DNA of 64,000 bases from Rickettsiales bacterium (GCA_040507985.1 JBEVNR010000002.1:71538-135537); one strand, 5' to 3'. Shown: positions 10,050-21,039, counted from the first letter of the stretch. The notes: generated by a model from the sequence alone, not told the origin. Translations and numbers: made by a program.

Positions 10050-11357
10050 ATGACGTTCATGCCCCATTGGCCGCCAGCGATCGGCAGTCGCGACGTAAAA
10101 TTTGGATTGGAGCGCGTCCGGGCGGGGCTTGCCGCTATGGGCGATCCGCATTTGCGCCTTCCGCCCGTGGCGCACGTCGCCGGCACCAACGGCAAAGGTT
10201 CGACCGTTTCCTATCTTCGCGCCATCGCCGAAGCGGCCGGATACCGCGTCCATTGCTATACCTCCCCGCATTTCCTGCATTTTAACGAACGCATCCGCCT
10301 CGCCGGCGCCCTTATCGGCGACGACGATTTATACCGATTGATGGAAGAATGCCGCTTGCGGTTGGACGGCATGGAATTAACCTTTTTCGAGGCGTCGACC
10401 GTTGCGGCGTTTTACGCGTTTGCCTCGCGCGACGCGGATCTTTTAGCGCTGGAAACCGGCATGGGAGGAAGGCTTGACGCGACGAACGTCGTCGCCCGCC
10501 CCCTCGTGACCGTCATTACGCCCGTGTCGATCGATCACGCGGAATTTCTCGGCTCCACCGTCGAAAAAATCGCGGGAGAGAAGGCAGGGATCATCAAAAA
10601 AGACGTGCCTTGCGTCGTTTCCCTGCAAGAGGACGGAGCGATGGACGTCATAAGAAATAAAGCGGAAGACGTCGGCGCGCCGCTTTTCGCCTATGAGTAT
10701 GATTGGGGACTCTTGCCGCCGAGCGCGGAGGAATCGCGCTACCGCTTCGTCTGCTCGACCGGCGAGACGCCCTTTCCCGCTCCGTCCTTGCCGGGCGCGC
10801 ATCAGCTCATGAACGCCGGGTGCGCCATTGCCGCCGCGCACGTCATGCGTTCGGCCCTGCCCAAAATATCCGCCGACGCCATCGCGAAGGGCGTCGCCAC
10901 GGCGCGTTGGCCGGGACGGCTGCAATGGCTGACGAAAGGGGCGCTTGCCGATAAGGCAAAAGGCGGGTGGCGCATATTGCTTGACGGCGCGCACAATATC
11001 GCAGGGGCGCAGACGCTGGCCGATTATCTGCGCGACCATGTGCCGGGCGTTCCCGTCTATGCCGTTATCGGCGTGACGCGCGGGCGCGATCCGGCCGCGT
11101 TGCTTCGGCCTTTACGGGGAATCGCCGCCAAGGCGTTCGGCGTGACGGTGCGCACCGAACCCGGCTCCGCCTCGGGCGAGGAGGTCGCGCGCGCGGCGCG
11201 CGCGGAAGGATTCGACGCCGAAGGCTGCGACGACGCCGGTGAAGCCTTCGACCGCCTTCTCGCAAGCGGCGCCGCCCCGGGCGTCGTCGTGTTTTTCGGT
11301 TCCTTATATCTAGTGGCGGACATGTTGCGAATAAACAAAAACGAGGCCATTCTATGA
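10050..11357 (+). CDS. folC: Bifunctional folylpolyglutamate synthase / dihydrofolate synthase
   Basis: The 435-aa product has a Mur-ligase P-loop (HVAGTNGKGST) and also ALETGMGGRLDATNV and LDGAHN. Confidence 0.9.
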   Translation: MTFMPHWPPAIGSRDVKFGLERVRAGLAAMGDPHLRLPPVAHVAGTNGKGSTVSYLRAIAEAAGYRVHCYTSPHFLHFNERIRLAGALIGDDDLYRLMEECRLRLDGMELTFFEASTVAAFYAFASRDADLLALETGMGGRLDATNVVARPLVTVITPVSIDHAEFLGSTVEKIAGEKAGIIKKDVPCVVSLQEDGAMDVIRNKAEDVGAPLFAYEYDWGLLPPSAEESRYRFVCSTGETPFPAPSLPGAHQLMNAGCAIAAAHVMRSALPKISADAIAKGVATARWPGRLQWLTKGALADKAKGGWRILLDGAHNIAGAQTLADYLRDHVPGVPVYAVIGVTRGRDPAALLRPLRGIAAKAFGVTVRTEPGSASGEEVARAARAEGFDAEGCDDAGEAFDRLLASGAAPGVVVFFGSLYLVADMLRINKNEAIL

Positions 11358-12022
11358 CCCGCACACTCTACCATTTTAAATTATGCCCTTTTTCGCGACG
11401 CCTGCGCGTGCACATGGCGGAAAAAAAACTTGAATTCACCCTTATCGAAGAGGCGTTCTGGGAAAAAAGACCCGATTACGCCGAGATCAACCCCGCGATG
11501 GAGGTGCCGGTGTTGCTCGAGGCCGACGGCGAATATTTTCGCGAGAGCCACGCCATTTCCGAATATATCGAACATGCCTATCCCGAACCGCGCCTTCTCG
11601 GTTCCGGGCAAGAGGATGCGGCGGAGGTGCGCCGTCTGCTCTATTGGTGCGACATTAAGTTCCATAACGACGTCACGCGCTACGTGCTGAACGAAAAGGC
11701 GCTGCGCTATCTGGCCGGGGGAGGGTCGCCGTCGTCCGAAGCCCTGCACGCCGCCGCCTACAATTTGCGCCAACATATAGCCTATTTTGAACGTTTGCTC
11801 AAGGATCGCCGCTGGCTGGCCGGCAACGAATTTTCGCTGGCCGACGTGGCCCTGGCGTGCCATCTTTCCGTCGCCGACTATTTAAGCGCGATGCGGTGGG
11901 ATTCTCCCGGCGTAAAACATTGGTACTCGCTGGTGAAGTCGCGTCCGTCCTTCCGCGAACTGCTCCATGACCGGTTAGTCGGGTTCGCGCCGCCGCCCCA
12001 CTATGCCAACCTTGATTTTTGA
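11354..12022 (+). CDS. Glutathione S-transferase family protein
   Basis: The 222-aa product has a GST N-terminal fold (LYHFKLCPFSRRLRVHMAEKKLEF...VPVL...ESHAISEYI) and a C-terminal helical domain. It has a 4-nt overlap with both neighbours. Confidence 0.85.
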   Translation: MTRTLYHFKLCPFSRRLRVHMAEKKLEFTLIEEAFWEKRPDYAEINPAMEVPVLLEADGEYFRESHAISEYIEHAYPEPRLLGSGQEDAAEVRRLLYWCDIKFHNDVTRYVLNEKALRYLAGGGSPSSEALHAAAYNLRQHIAYFERLLKDRRWLAGNEFSLADVALACHLSVADYLSAMRWDSPGVKHWYSLVKSRPSFRELLHDRLVGFAPPPHYANLDF

Positions 12023-12765
12023 ACGCTTTTCTCGAGTTCCGCATGTCCGCCTCCCTTTCCCTGCGCGCGAGGAGCGCGTTGTTTCGCGCTCTTTTTCCGG
12101 TGTGGACGGCGCTCGTGTCGACGCTATGCCTGCCGTTGCTGCTCTATCGCGACGCGCGTAAAATCGCGCCGGCCGGGCGCCTGTGGGGCGCCGGCACGAT
12201 GTTTTTATTGAAGCATGTATGCAATCTGCGCTTTGCCGTTCGCGGAGAGGAAAACATACCGCCGGGAGCGCCCGTCATCTTCGCGTGCAAGCATCAATCC
12301 GTATGGGAGACGGCGATATTTCTTTGTCTATTTCCCCATCCCGCCTATGTGCTGAAAAAAGAATTGCTTTCCGTTCCGTTGTTCGGCACGTTCCTGCGCC
12401 GATTGGAGATGATTGCGATAAATCGCTCCGGCGGCTCGGCGGCGATAAAGGAGTTGCAGCGTCTGGCCGCCGAAAGATTGCGGGAGGGAAGGGCGGTGGT
12501 CATTTTTCCCGAAGGCACGCGCAAACCCGTGGGCGCAACGACGGACTACCAATCCGGCGTCGCCTTTTTATACGCCGGAGCGCCGGAAGGGACGGCGGTC
12601 GTTCCGACGTCGCTGAACTCCGGCGAATATTGGAGTCCGTTTTCGCGGATAGTGCGCCCCGGCGTCATTACGATGAGCTATCGCCCTCCCATTCCGGTCG
12701 GATTGCCGCGCAAGGAATTTATGAAGGCCTTGGAGGAAAGCATAGAGAGGGGATGCGCTTTTTAA
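12019..12765 (+). CDS. plsC: 1-acyl-sn-glycerol-3-phosphate acyltransferase
   Basis: The 248-aa product has an N-terminal TM segment. The acyltransferase motifs are KHQSVWET (H-x4-D/E block) and FPEGTR. Confidence 0.85.
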   Translation: MNAFLEFRMSASLSLRARSALFRALFPVWTALVSTLCLPLLLYRDARKIAPAGRLWGAGTMFLLKHVCNLRFAVRGEENIPPGAPVIFACKHQSVWETAIFLCLFPHPAYVLKKELLSVPLFGTFLRRLEMIAINRSGGSAAIKELQRLAAERLREGRAVVIFPEGTRKPVGATTDYQSGVAFLYAGAPEGTAVVPTSLNSGEYWSPFSRIVRPGVITMSYRPPIPVGLPRKEFMKALEESIERGCAF

Positions 12766-12853
12766 AGTGCATCGATTTTGCTTGTCTATCGCGCTTCTGC
12801 GCTTATAATGCCGAAAATTTACCCTCATTATTTAGTAACGCCGAGCGCTTTTC

Positions 12854-13867
12854 ATGACCGTCGGTTATGGCCGTTTTCCCGTAAGGCGCATGCGCCGCAT
12901 GCGCGACGCCCCGTGGATGCGCGACCTCGTGCGCGAAACGCGGCCGGCGCCGTCCGACCTTATCTGGCCGACGTTCGTGACGGAGGGAAGCGCCGACGTT
13001 GCCGTTCCCTCTTTCCCCGGCGTAAAGAGGCAATGTCTGGCAAGCCTGTGCCACTCCGCAAAGCGCGCCTACGCGCTAGGGGTGCGCGCCATCATGGTTT
13101 TTCCTTACGTCGATTCGTCGCGAAAAGACGCCATCGGAACGGAAGCGACCCGTCCGGGCAATCTTATCGCGCAGGCGGTGGCGGAAATAAAGAAAGCTGC
13201 GCCGGATATAGGGGTGATATGCGACGTTGCGCTCGATCCCTACACCGATCACGGCCATGACGGCGTTTTTATGAACGGACGCATAGACAACGACGCCACG
13301 TTGCAACGCCTTTGCGAACAAGCCTTGTGTCTGGCCGACGCCGGAGCCGACATGCTCGCGCCTTCCGACATGATGGACGGGCGCGTCGGGGCGATTCGCG
13401 CGGCGCTGGACGAATCGGGACGCGCGGGGCTGCCTATCATGTCTTACGCCGCTAAATTCGCCTCGGCCTATTACGGCCCGTTTCGCCATGCTGTCGGGTC
13501 GGCGTCGGCATTGCGGGGCGGCGACAAAAAAACCTACCAGATCGAGCCGGCGAACGGGAATCAGGCCGTCCTCGACGCGTTACTTGACGCGGAGGAAGGC
13601 GCCGACATGCTGATGGTCAAACCGGCTTTGCCTTATCTCGACGTCGTCTCCCGCCTTAGGCGGGAATGCGCCCTGCCCGTCGTCGCCTATCAGGTGAGCG
13701 GCGAATATGCGATGATGCGCGCCGGCGCCGACGCGGGAGCGTTTGACTTCATGAAAATGCTGCGCGAGCAGATAATTTGCTGTAAACGGGCCGGCGCCGT
13801 TGCCGTCGCCACGTACGGCGCCTTGGAATTAGCGAAGGAATTAAAGGAACATCCCTATGACGAATAA
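12854..13867 (+). CDS. hemB: Porphobilinogen synthase (delta-aminolevulinate dehydratase)
   Basis: The 337-aa product contains RRMRR...DLIWPTFV, DVALDPYTDHGHDG, PSDMMDGRV, YAAKFASAYYGPFR and MVKPALPYLD. Confidence 0.95.
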   Translation: MTVGYGRFPVRRMRRMRDAPWMRDLVRETRPAPSDLIWPTFVTEGSADVAVPSFPGVKRQCLASLCHSAKRAYALGVRAIMVFPYVDSSRKDAIGTEATRPGNLIAQAVAEIKKAAPDIGVICDVALDPYTDHGHDGVFMNGRIDNDATLQRLCEQALCLADAGADMLAPSDMMDGRVGAIRAALDESGRAGLPIMSYAAKFASAYYGPFRHAVGSASALRGGDKKTYQIEPANGNQAVLDALLDAEEGADMLMVKPALPYLDVVSRLRRECALPVVAYQVSGEYAMMRAGADAGAFDFMKMLREQIICCKRAGAVAVATYGALELAKELKEHPYDE

Positions 13868-14042
13868 CGGCGACAGCCCCGCCGCCGTGGCGGTGCGAAA
13901 AACGGCGGAACGCTGCCACGCGGCGATCGATCGCCTCGAGGCGACGTTAGAAGCGCAGGTTAAGCGCATCGAGGAACTGGAAGGACGTTCGTCCCCGTCG
14001 AACGCGCCCTTGTTCCGCATGCCGCAACCCTCTAAGGAATAG
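13857..14042 (+). CDS. Small coiled-coil protein of unknown function, in the position usually held by a DUF4164-like gene upstream of zapA
   Basis: The 61-aa ORF has a helical heptad-like core (ERCHAAIDRLEATLEAQVKRIEELEG). It overlaps the hemB end by 11 nt and lies directly upstream of zapA. The call is weak and rests on context only. Confidence 0.4.
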   Translation: MTNNGDSPAAVAVRKTAERCHAAIDRLEATLEAQVKRIEELEGRSSPSNAPLFRMPQPSKE

Positions 14043-14048
14043 CCCGCC

Positions 14049-14363
14049 ATGGCCGAATTTACCATCGAATTGGGTGACGCGTCTTATACGCTTCGATGCA
14101 ACGAAAGCGACCTGCCCACCGCGCACCGCATCTGCGACAAGCTGAAGAAACGTTTCGTTGCCGCCTCCGGCGGAAAGCGCCACGTCAACTCCGCGCAATG
14201 CATGGCGCTCATGTTGTTTCGCATGGAAGAGGAGTTGGAGGAAATTTCGGACGCGCTGAACGCGCGCGGCGCAGGCATAAATGCGGACGAGGCGCTCGAA
14301 TTGCTAAAAAATCTGCATCGACGGTTGGAAGAGCTTGCGAAACGGGCCGGAGGCGCTATATAA
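14049..14363 (+). CDS. zapA: Cell division protein ZapA
   Basis: The 104-aa product begins MAEFTIELGDASYTLRCNESD....HRICDKLKKRF, followed by a helical tail. This is the layout of alphaproteobacterial ZapA. Confidence 0.75.
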   Translation: MAEFTIELGDASYTLRCNESDLPTAHRICDKLKKRFVAASGGKRHVNSAQCMALMLFRMEEELEEISDALNARGAGINADEALELLKNLHRRLEELAKRAGGAI

Positions 14364-14371
14364 TCCTTTTC

Positions 14372-15575
<1,204 letters not shown>

Positions 15576-15578
15576 GCG

Positions 15579-16424
15579 TTATTTTTCGTTCAGCACTCCC
15601 GCTTCCATAAGCGAGAGAATCAATGTTTGCCTTACTTCGCGATATGTTTCCGCATTGCGCGCAATCAACAGCCCATGCGTGACGTCGTCGCACCGAAACG
15701 CTTCCCCGTTCCACCTTGCGTACGGTAATCCCAAATTTTTTGCGATCGCAAGGCCGGGTAAGTGGTCCCACGGGAACGTGGTGCGGAAAACCAAAAAATC
15801 CAATTCGCCGGAAAAGAGCATCGGGTATGAAATGACCGACGGAACCTCGCTCGGAGCGAGCGTTATTCCCTCAAGCGTTTCCGCAATGCGTTGCGTCTCG
15901 GGATGGCGGAACACCTTTCTTCCCATCAACCCGAATAAAGGCCGACGCATGGCGACGCCATTCGCAACGGAAGGAAAAGCCGGCGTCGTGCCATATTTTT
16001 CGTCGTATAGCGTCATTTTTTTGTTATAGGCGTCGTATAGCCACGCGGCCTGCGTTTCGCCCTTCGATACCAAACAGAGCAATATGCCGAATCCTTCCTT
16101 GCCGGCGACGAAATTGAGCGTGCCGTCCAGCGGGTCGCATACCCATGTCGGTACGTCGTCGCCGCGCAGAAGATCCAATATCGAGGCGTCTTGCGCAAAT
16201 GATTCCTCGCCGATAAAATGCGCGTGGGGGAGGACGTCGTGCAACGCTTCTTTAAGAAAGGCCTCCGATTTTTTGTCCGCCACGGAAACGGGATCGTCGG
16301 GAGAATTTTTATAGGCGACGTCCGTCGTTGCCAGGCGCCCAAAATAGGGCATGAGGCATCTCTCTCCCGCGTCGGCGACGGCCCGGCCGACGTGTAATTT
16401 TTGCGCTTCCGTTAGTATGTCCAT
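15579..16424 (-). CDS. Inositol monophosphatase family protein (SuhB/CysQ-like)
   Basis: The 281-aa product contains PDDPVSVADKKSE, FIGEE, WVCDPLDGTLNF and WDHLPG metal-binding motifs. Confidence 0.85.
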   Translation of the reverse strand: MDILTEAQKLHVGRAVADAGERCLMPYFGRLATTDVAYKNSPDDPVSVADKKSEAFLKEALHDVLPHAHFIGEESFAQDASILDLLRGDDVPTWVCDPLDGTLNFVAGKEGFGILLCLVSKGETQAAWLYDAYNKKMTLYDEKYGTTPAFPSVANGVAMRRPLFGLMGRKVFRHPETQRIAETLEGITLAPSEVPSVISYPMLFSGELDFLVFRTTFPWDHLPGLAIAKNLGLPYARWNGEAFRCDDVTHGLLIARNAETYREVRQTLILSLMEAGVLNEK

Positions 16425-16432
16425 GGTATCGC

Positions 16433-19400
16433 CTAAAACTTCGTGCGATATTTTACCAGCGCCATGGCGTCGGCGTCCTTGCTTGCGTCGTGGTCGGGTT
16501 GGAGCCTTACGCCGGCGCCGAAGGCAAGTTCGCCGTTATAGTGCGGAAAGGCTTTGGCGTAGTAAGCTTCAAGGTCGGTTTCTTGACCGCTTGGGGCCAG
16601 ATCGACGTTTTCGCGGCGGTAATTGACCGTGCCGTCGGCGTTTACGCCTTCCGGCAAGCGAAGGGACGCGCTGCCCGAGCGTACCCGCAGCGGCTGCGAG
16701 ACGTTGAATCCGAGCCGGTCGTTGCCCTCTTTCGTTACGCCTTCATATTGCGCGCCAAGCGAGAACGAGTCGCTCACCACGGCGCCGATATCCTGCATCA
16801 AACCGGCGGAGGCGAGGTTGGCGCGGCTCATGCCGACGTTATAGTTGGCGGAAAGCGTAAGTTTGTCGGTCGCCTTGAAGTTGCCGCCGAACGACGCGTA
16901 ATCGGTGGGCGTGTTCTTGTCGAGCGCGAAGGCGCCGCTATAGCGCGAGCCTAGCATGCCGCGTTCTTCCTGCATCGAACCTAACTGGCCGGAAAATCCG
17001 AAGCGCTTGCCGTAAAAATCGACGCGCGCCGCCATGCCGCCCACGGCGTCGCCGTCAAGCCGTTCGCGTTCGGCATAGCGCGTCATGTCGTCGACGTGGC
17101 TTTCGCCGTTATAGATGCCGTACGACAGGCGCATATTACCGTATTTGGTTGAGGTGGCCGCCGTTTGCGCGTTTTCGGCGAGCGAGGCGAATCCGTTGCG
17201 GAACGCCCCGAACATGCTGTGCCGTGCCATGTTTTCTTCGGCGGTCGGCGCATCGTCGTTGCGGAATAATAAGGCTTTTTCGGCGTCGTTATTGACCGAT
17301 TGGCGGAAGCTTAGTTCCCGCGATCCCAAGCGCATCTGCGTGTCGAGGGTGAAGGCGGTTGCGTTTTCCCTATCCTGCGCCGCTCCTCCGCCGAAACCGC
17401 GCATCGGAAGGTCGCCCTCCGCGCGTTCCGCCGTCGTCAGGCGCATATTATCGCGCAATTGGTATTGGCGTTCGTCCGTTTGCTCGAAAAATTCGTTGAA
17501 GGAATTTTCGATTTGCGGCGCGTTTTGCGCGGCGCGAATGAGGCTATCGGCGGAGATGTTGTAGTTCTTGCCGTATTTATCTAAAAACATCACGTCGCCG
17601 CCCGCTTTTTGCAGGGCGTTGCCGAACGCGGCGGACGATTGAATGAAGGATTTGCCGACCGACATCCCGCCGCTATTAAAAAACGCGCCCGTGGCGAGGG
17701 TCCATCCGCCGGCGGATGGCTGGGTGGCTTTCTCTAAATTCACCATGCCGTGGCCGTATATGTCGTCTATACCGCTTGCGCCCAAATCGGTGGCGGTGTC
17801 GAACAGAATGTTCAGCACCGTTTTCGTGCTTAAATGCGGGAAGGCTCCTTGCAGCACGCCGACGGCGCCGCTCACCGCCGGCGCGGCGAAGGACGTGCCG
17901 TCCGCACCGCTGCCGAACGTGTTCGTATAGTCGCCGGGAGCGGACAGGCACCACTCCTTGGCCACGCCGCAATGGGCGCTATAGGTTGCGATTTGATCGT
18001 TTTCGTCGAGCGCCACGACGGCCACCCAGTTTTTGCTGAAGTCGTAATGGTCTGGATTGACGACGTCGTAGCCCTCGGGTTTGTTGTCCGTCAGGTTTCC
18101 CCTAAAGTAATAGGGCAATCCTGCCAATAGCGCCGGATTGTCGGTCGGGGTGTTGCCGGCGGCAAACACCATCGCCACGTCGGCGTCGACGGCTTTTTTA
18201 AATACCTTCAGGTACGAATAATTCGAGTTGCCGTTTTCCGTGGCAATTAATTCGGCGCGCAAATCTTCCGGCGCGAAAACCGCGTCGGTGTGGCTGTCCG
18301 CAATGATCGGCGTTGATATGTCTGAACGCGACTCGCCGTCAAACTCTCCTTCCACCAGAAACCCGTAGCTGGCGTTAATCACGCTTGCGCCGGAGTTTAC
18401 AAGGTAGTTAGTTCCTTGAATGTCGGATCCGCCGAGCACGTCCAAAAAGCGCACCGGTATCAATTCGGATTCATACGCCACCCCTTGCGTGCCGGCGTCG
18501 TTCTTACGCGCGCCCAAAATATGGGCGACGACGGTGCCGTGGCTGACGTCTTCCGAGCTGTCGTCCTGCTGCGACGCCACGCATCCGCCGGTGACGGTGC
18601 AGGTGCGGGCCTTGCTTGCGGTAATCGCGCCTGCAAGGTCGACGGCGGAAAAATCGACCTGTTCGTCCAAGATGCCTATTTTTACCTTTCCGTCGGGAGA
18701 GGAATCCTTCAATTCGCCGTTTGCCTTGCGGTCATAAATTTGCCCGGCATAGCCGCGCCCGTAAGCGTCGTAGGCGTGCATTTTTTCGAGGGCGGGGTTC
18801 GTGTCGGCCTCTTCCGTTTGGTATTCGCTCGCGGATTTCGATTGCGGGTGCAGCGTTGAATTTTCGTCTCCGCCGCCGTTATCGTCCCCTCCGCCGTTAT
18901 TATTGCCTCCGCTTGATTTTTTGCTTGATTTCGATCCTCCGCCGGCGGCGAGGGCGGCCACGATCAATCCCGCGCCGGCGACCCCCGCAATAATGGCGGT
19001 TTTCATGCCGATGGCGTCGTAGGGTTTTTCGTCGCCGTTATCGTCATATTCGTTACCCGGCTGGCCGTGTCCCATGGCGCCGGCCTGGGCTTGCGGCATG
19101 TTGCCGGTAGGCGCGTTCTGGTAGACGGGCTGAGGGCGCGTGACCGGCGCGGCGTCGGGATATCCCGGTCCGGCCCCGAACGCTCCCTCCGTAGGGGGAA
19201 GGGGATTGTACGGGCGAGGTTGTCCGGCCATGTATTGCGGATTTTGCTGCGCGTATTGCTGGCGCGAGAAACGCGACGGATATTGCGGCGCCGGCGCTCC
19301 CGCGACGCGAAATGGCATGCCGGGATGGTTTCCGTAACGTATGACCCCGCCTTGCGCGTTGTAAAGCGGACCGTATTGCGCGCCGGGGCTAGAGACGTTT

Positions 19401-19711
19401 TGAAAGCCGTTATTGCCGTAAAAATCGATGGCGCGCGGAGGCGCGTAGCCGTAAGGATCGCCGTAACCCTGATAATAGCGCGCCGTATTGTACGGGGCTT
19501 GGCTGTAGAAGAACGGATCCGGAGCGTTGGAGCGCGACGCCGGCGCGTAAGACTTGGCGTAATAGAAGTTTTGCGCCCCCGCCGCTTGCGCGCTTAACAT
19601 GCCGATAACGCCGTAGGCCGTGGCGCTAAGCCATTTTTTTTTACTTTTTTCCGCCATGATGCTAAACTTTCCCCGAAAATCCGCTTGCGTGCCGCTCTCG
19701 TTTTTCATCAT
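16433..19711 (-). CDS. Autotransporter with a subtilisin-like (S8) serine protease passenger domain
   Basis: The product is 1092 aa. The signal peptide reads KKKWLSATAYGVIGMLSAQAAGA. The catalytic triad occurs in D-H-S order: IGILDEQVD, SHGTVVAHILG and DGTSFAAPAVSGAVGVL. The C-terminal beta-barrel region has alternating hydrophobic residues and ends in ...ALVKYRTKF. An alternative start is at 19657 (MAEKSKKKW). Confidence 0.85.
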   Translation of the reverse strand: MMKNESGTQADFRGKFSIMAEKSKKKWLSATAYGVIGMLSAQAAGAQNFYYAKSYAPASRSNAPDPFFYSQAPYNTARYYQGYGDPYGYAPPRAIDFYGNNGFQNVSSPGAQYGPLYNAQGGVIRYGNHPGMPFRVAGAPAPQYPSRFSRQQYAQQNPQYMAGQPRPYNPLPPTEGAFGAGPGYPDAAPVTRPQPVYQNAPTGNMPQAQAGAMGHGQPGNEYDDNGDEKPYDAIGMKTAIIAGVAGAGLIVAALAAGGGSKSSKKSSGGNNNGGGDDNGGGDENSTLHPQSKSASEYQTEEADTNPALEKMHAYDAYGRGYAGQIYDRKANGELKDSSPDGKVKIGILDEQVDFSAVDLAGAITASKARTCTVTGGCVASQQDDSSEDVSHGTVVAHILGARKNDAGTQGVAYESELIPVRFLDVLGGSDIQGTNYLVNSGASVINASYGFLVEGEFDGESRSDISTPIIADSHTDAVFAPEDLRAELIATENGNSNYSYLKVFKKAVDADVAMVFAAGNTPTDNPALLAGLPYYFRGNLTDNKPEGYDVVNPDHYDFSKNWVAVVALDENDQIATYSAHCGVAKEWCLSAPGDYTNTFGSGADGTSFAAPAVSGAVGVLQGAFPHLSTKTVLNILFDTATDLGASGIDDIYGHGMVNLEKATQPSAGGWTLATGAFFNSGGMSVGKSFIQSSAAFGNALQKAGGDVMFLDKYGKNYNISADSLIRAAQNAPQIENSFNEFFEQTDERQYQLRDNMRLTTAERAEGDLPMRGFGGGAAQDRENATAFTLDTQMRLGSRELSFRQSVNNDAEKALLFRNDDAPTAEENMARHSMFGAFRNGFASLAENAQTAATSTKYGNMRLSYGIYNGESHVDDMTRYAERERLDGDAVGGMAARVDFYGKRFGFSGQLGSMQEERGMLGSRYSGAFALDKNTPTDYASFGGNFKATDKLTLSANYNVGMSRANLASAGLMQDIGAVVSDSFSLGAQYEGVTKEGNDRLGFNVSQPLRVRSGSASLRLPEGVNADGTVNYRRENVDLAPSGQETDLEAYYAKAFPHYNGELAFGAGVRLQPDHDASKDADAMALVKYRTKF

Positions 19712-20028
19712 AACGGCGACCGCCCCCGAACATTAACTATACGTTAATTTCATGGAGTTTTTTTTGCAATAGAAAAATGAGAGCGCGTGCGTAAAGATAT
19801 ATTTACTATAGCGTAGGACTAAAAAAGATCCGGAAGGCGCGTCAAAAAACACGATACGGATAGCGTATTTTTGTTTTTTATTTTTTTAAAAACAAGAATA
19901 CCTACATATAGCATTAAAAAGAGCGTGGCGTTCGACGTACCTGCCGTGCGAACCAAAAAAACATAACGCCATTTGCCTAAGTCATCCTTCCTTCAGCATA
20001 GAACCGATTCAAGATCGTAAGGCGCGAC

Positions 20029-21039
20029 TTACAAGGGAGTGGGGTAAAGAGTTCTCTTTTCCGTCACGGTGGAAGTCACCCAAGTAGTCGTTTCCTGAAT
20101 AACGGTTACCATGTGTTGTGCGTCCGAAGAGGTTTCTTCCGGTTCTTCGATTGCGAGAAGAGTGACGGTATGATGCTGCGTAATGGTATATGTACTGGTA
20201 GGAATCACGCACGTCGTAGTCGGGGAAGCAAACTCTAAAGTTCTGGTAATAGTAGTTACCTGTTTAGTCATGCTTTTAAATTGGTTGCAGAATCCCTTGA
20301 AAGGAATCGGGCCAATGAATGCGTCACGAAAGAGCAGGGCAAGAGATTCGGATGGAATGGCGCCCGTTTCACAAGAAAAAAGCATTTCCTGCGTCTGTTC
20401 GGAAGACATCTTCGGAAGTCCTTGCGTAAGAACGGAAACGATGCGGGTGAGCGCGTCGCCGTCGTCAAGGCTGACGTCGGTATTTCCGGAGTCACACGCG
20501 GCTACTTGGCGATTGACGCTCTCCAGATTAGCGGCGGTGGATTGCTTATATTGAAGCGCTCGATTCAGTTCCTTAGCGATGTGCATGGCTTCGTTCTTAG
20601 GCGTTTCAGCGGATAATCCGAAGTACGTAAGAAACCAATCCAAAGGCTTAACCAATTGAATCACTAAACCGTTATTGCGTTTCATGGCGGTGAGCGCTTC
20701 AACTTCCAACTTCGCCTCCTCAAACAATATGATTGCTTGTTTAGTGACCTTCGGCAGATACTTGCAATCAACGGCAACATATTTGTCAAATTCGGTTAGG
20801 GAGATGGCAGGCATATCGAAGACGGCAACCGATTTGGCAGGCGAAGCGGCGGCGGAAGGATGAGAAACGCGATGGTAGACGCATGTCACGGCGAAGGTAA
20901 ACAAAAACCCGGCAAGTATCGTAAAGCAGTTGAATCCATGGCGACGTCGGCTAGTCTTCTCGGAACGGTTGAGGGGAAGAAATTCCGACGACTTCTTGTT
21001 AGCGTTCACATTGTCGCTATAAGGGGGGTAGGACGTCAT
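20029..21039 (-). CDS. Orphan signal-anchored protein with a Thr-rich C-terminus (lower-GC islet)
   Basis: The 336-aa ORF is the only long ORF in an AT-rich-flanked, lower-GC block. It has one TM segment (FNCFTILAGFLFTFAVTCVY) after a 45-aa basic N-terminus. The C-terminus is T-rich (TKQVTTITRTLEFASPTTTCVIPTSTYTITQHHTVT...). I recognised no family. Confidence 0.6.
   Translation of the reverse strand: MTSYPPYSDNVNANKKSSEFLPLNRSEKTSRRRHGFNCFTILAGFLFTFAVTCVYHRVSHPSAAASPAKSVAVFDMPAISLTEFDKYVAVDCKYLPKVTKQAIILFEEAKLEVEALTAMKRNNGLVIQLVKPLDWFLTYFGLSAETPKNEAMHIAKELNRALQYKQSTAANLESVNRQVAACDSGNTDVSLDDGDALTRIVSVLTQGLPKMSSEQTQEMLFSCETGAIPSESLALLFRDAFIGPIPFKGFCNQFKSMTKQVTTITRTLEFASPTTTCVIPTSTYTITQHHTVTLLAIEEPEETSSDAQHMVTVIQETTTWVTSTVTEKRTLYPTPL

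Noticed and set aside
15576-16432. I looked for the alphaproteobacterial suhB/MmgR-type sRNA that is often adjacent to inositol-monophosphatase genes.
   Set aside because: The gene is flanked by gaps of only 3 nt and 8 nt, so there is no room for an sRNA locus here.
19854-19868. A short hairpin, ATACG gatag CGTAT, flanked by A- and T-runs between the autotransporter start and the orphan gene at 20029. It could be a bidirectional terminator.
   Set aside because: The stem is only 5 bp and AT-rich. The stability is doubtful, and homopolymer runs are common throughout these spacers.
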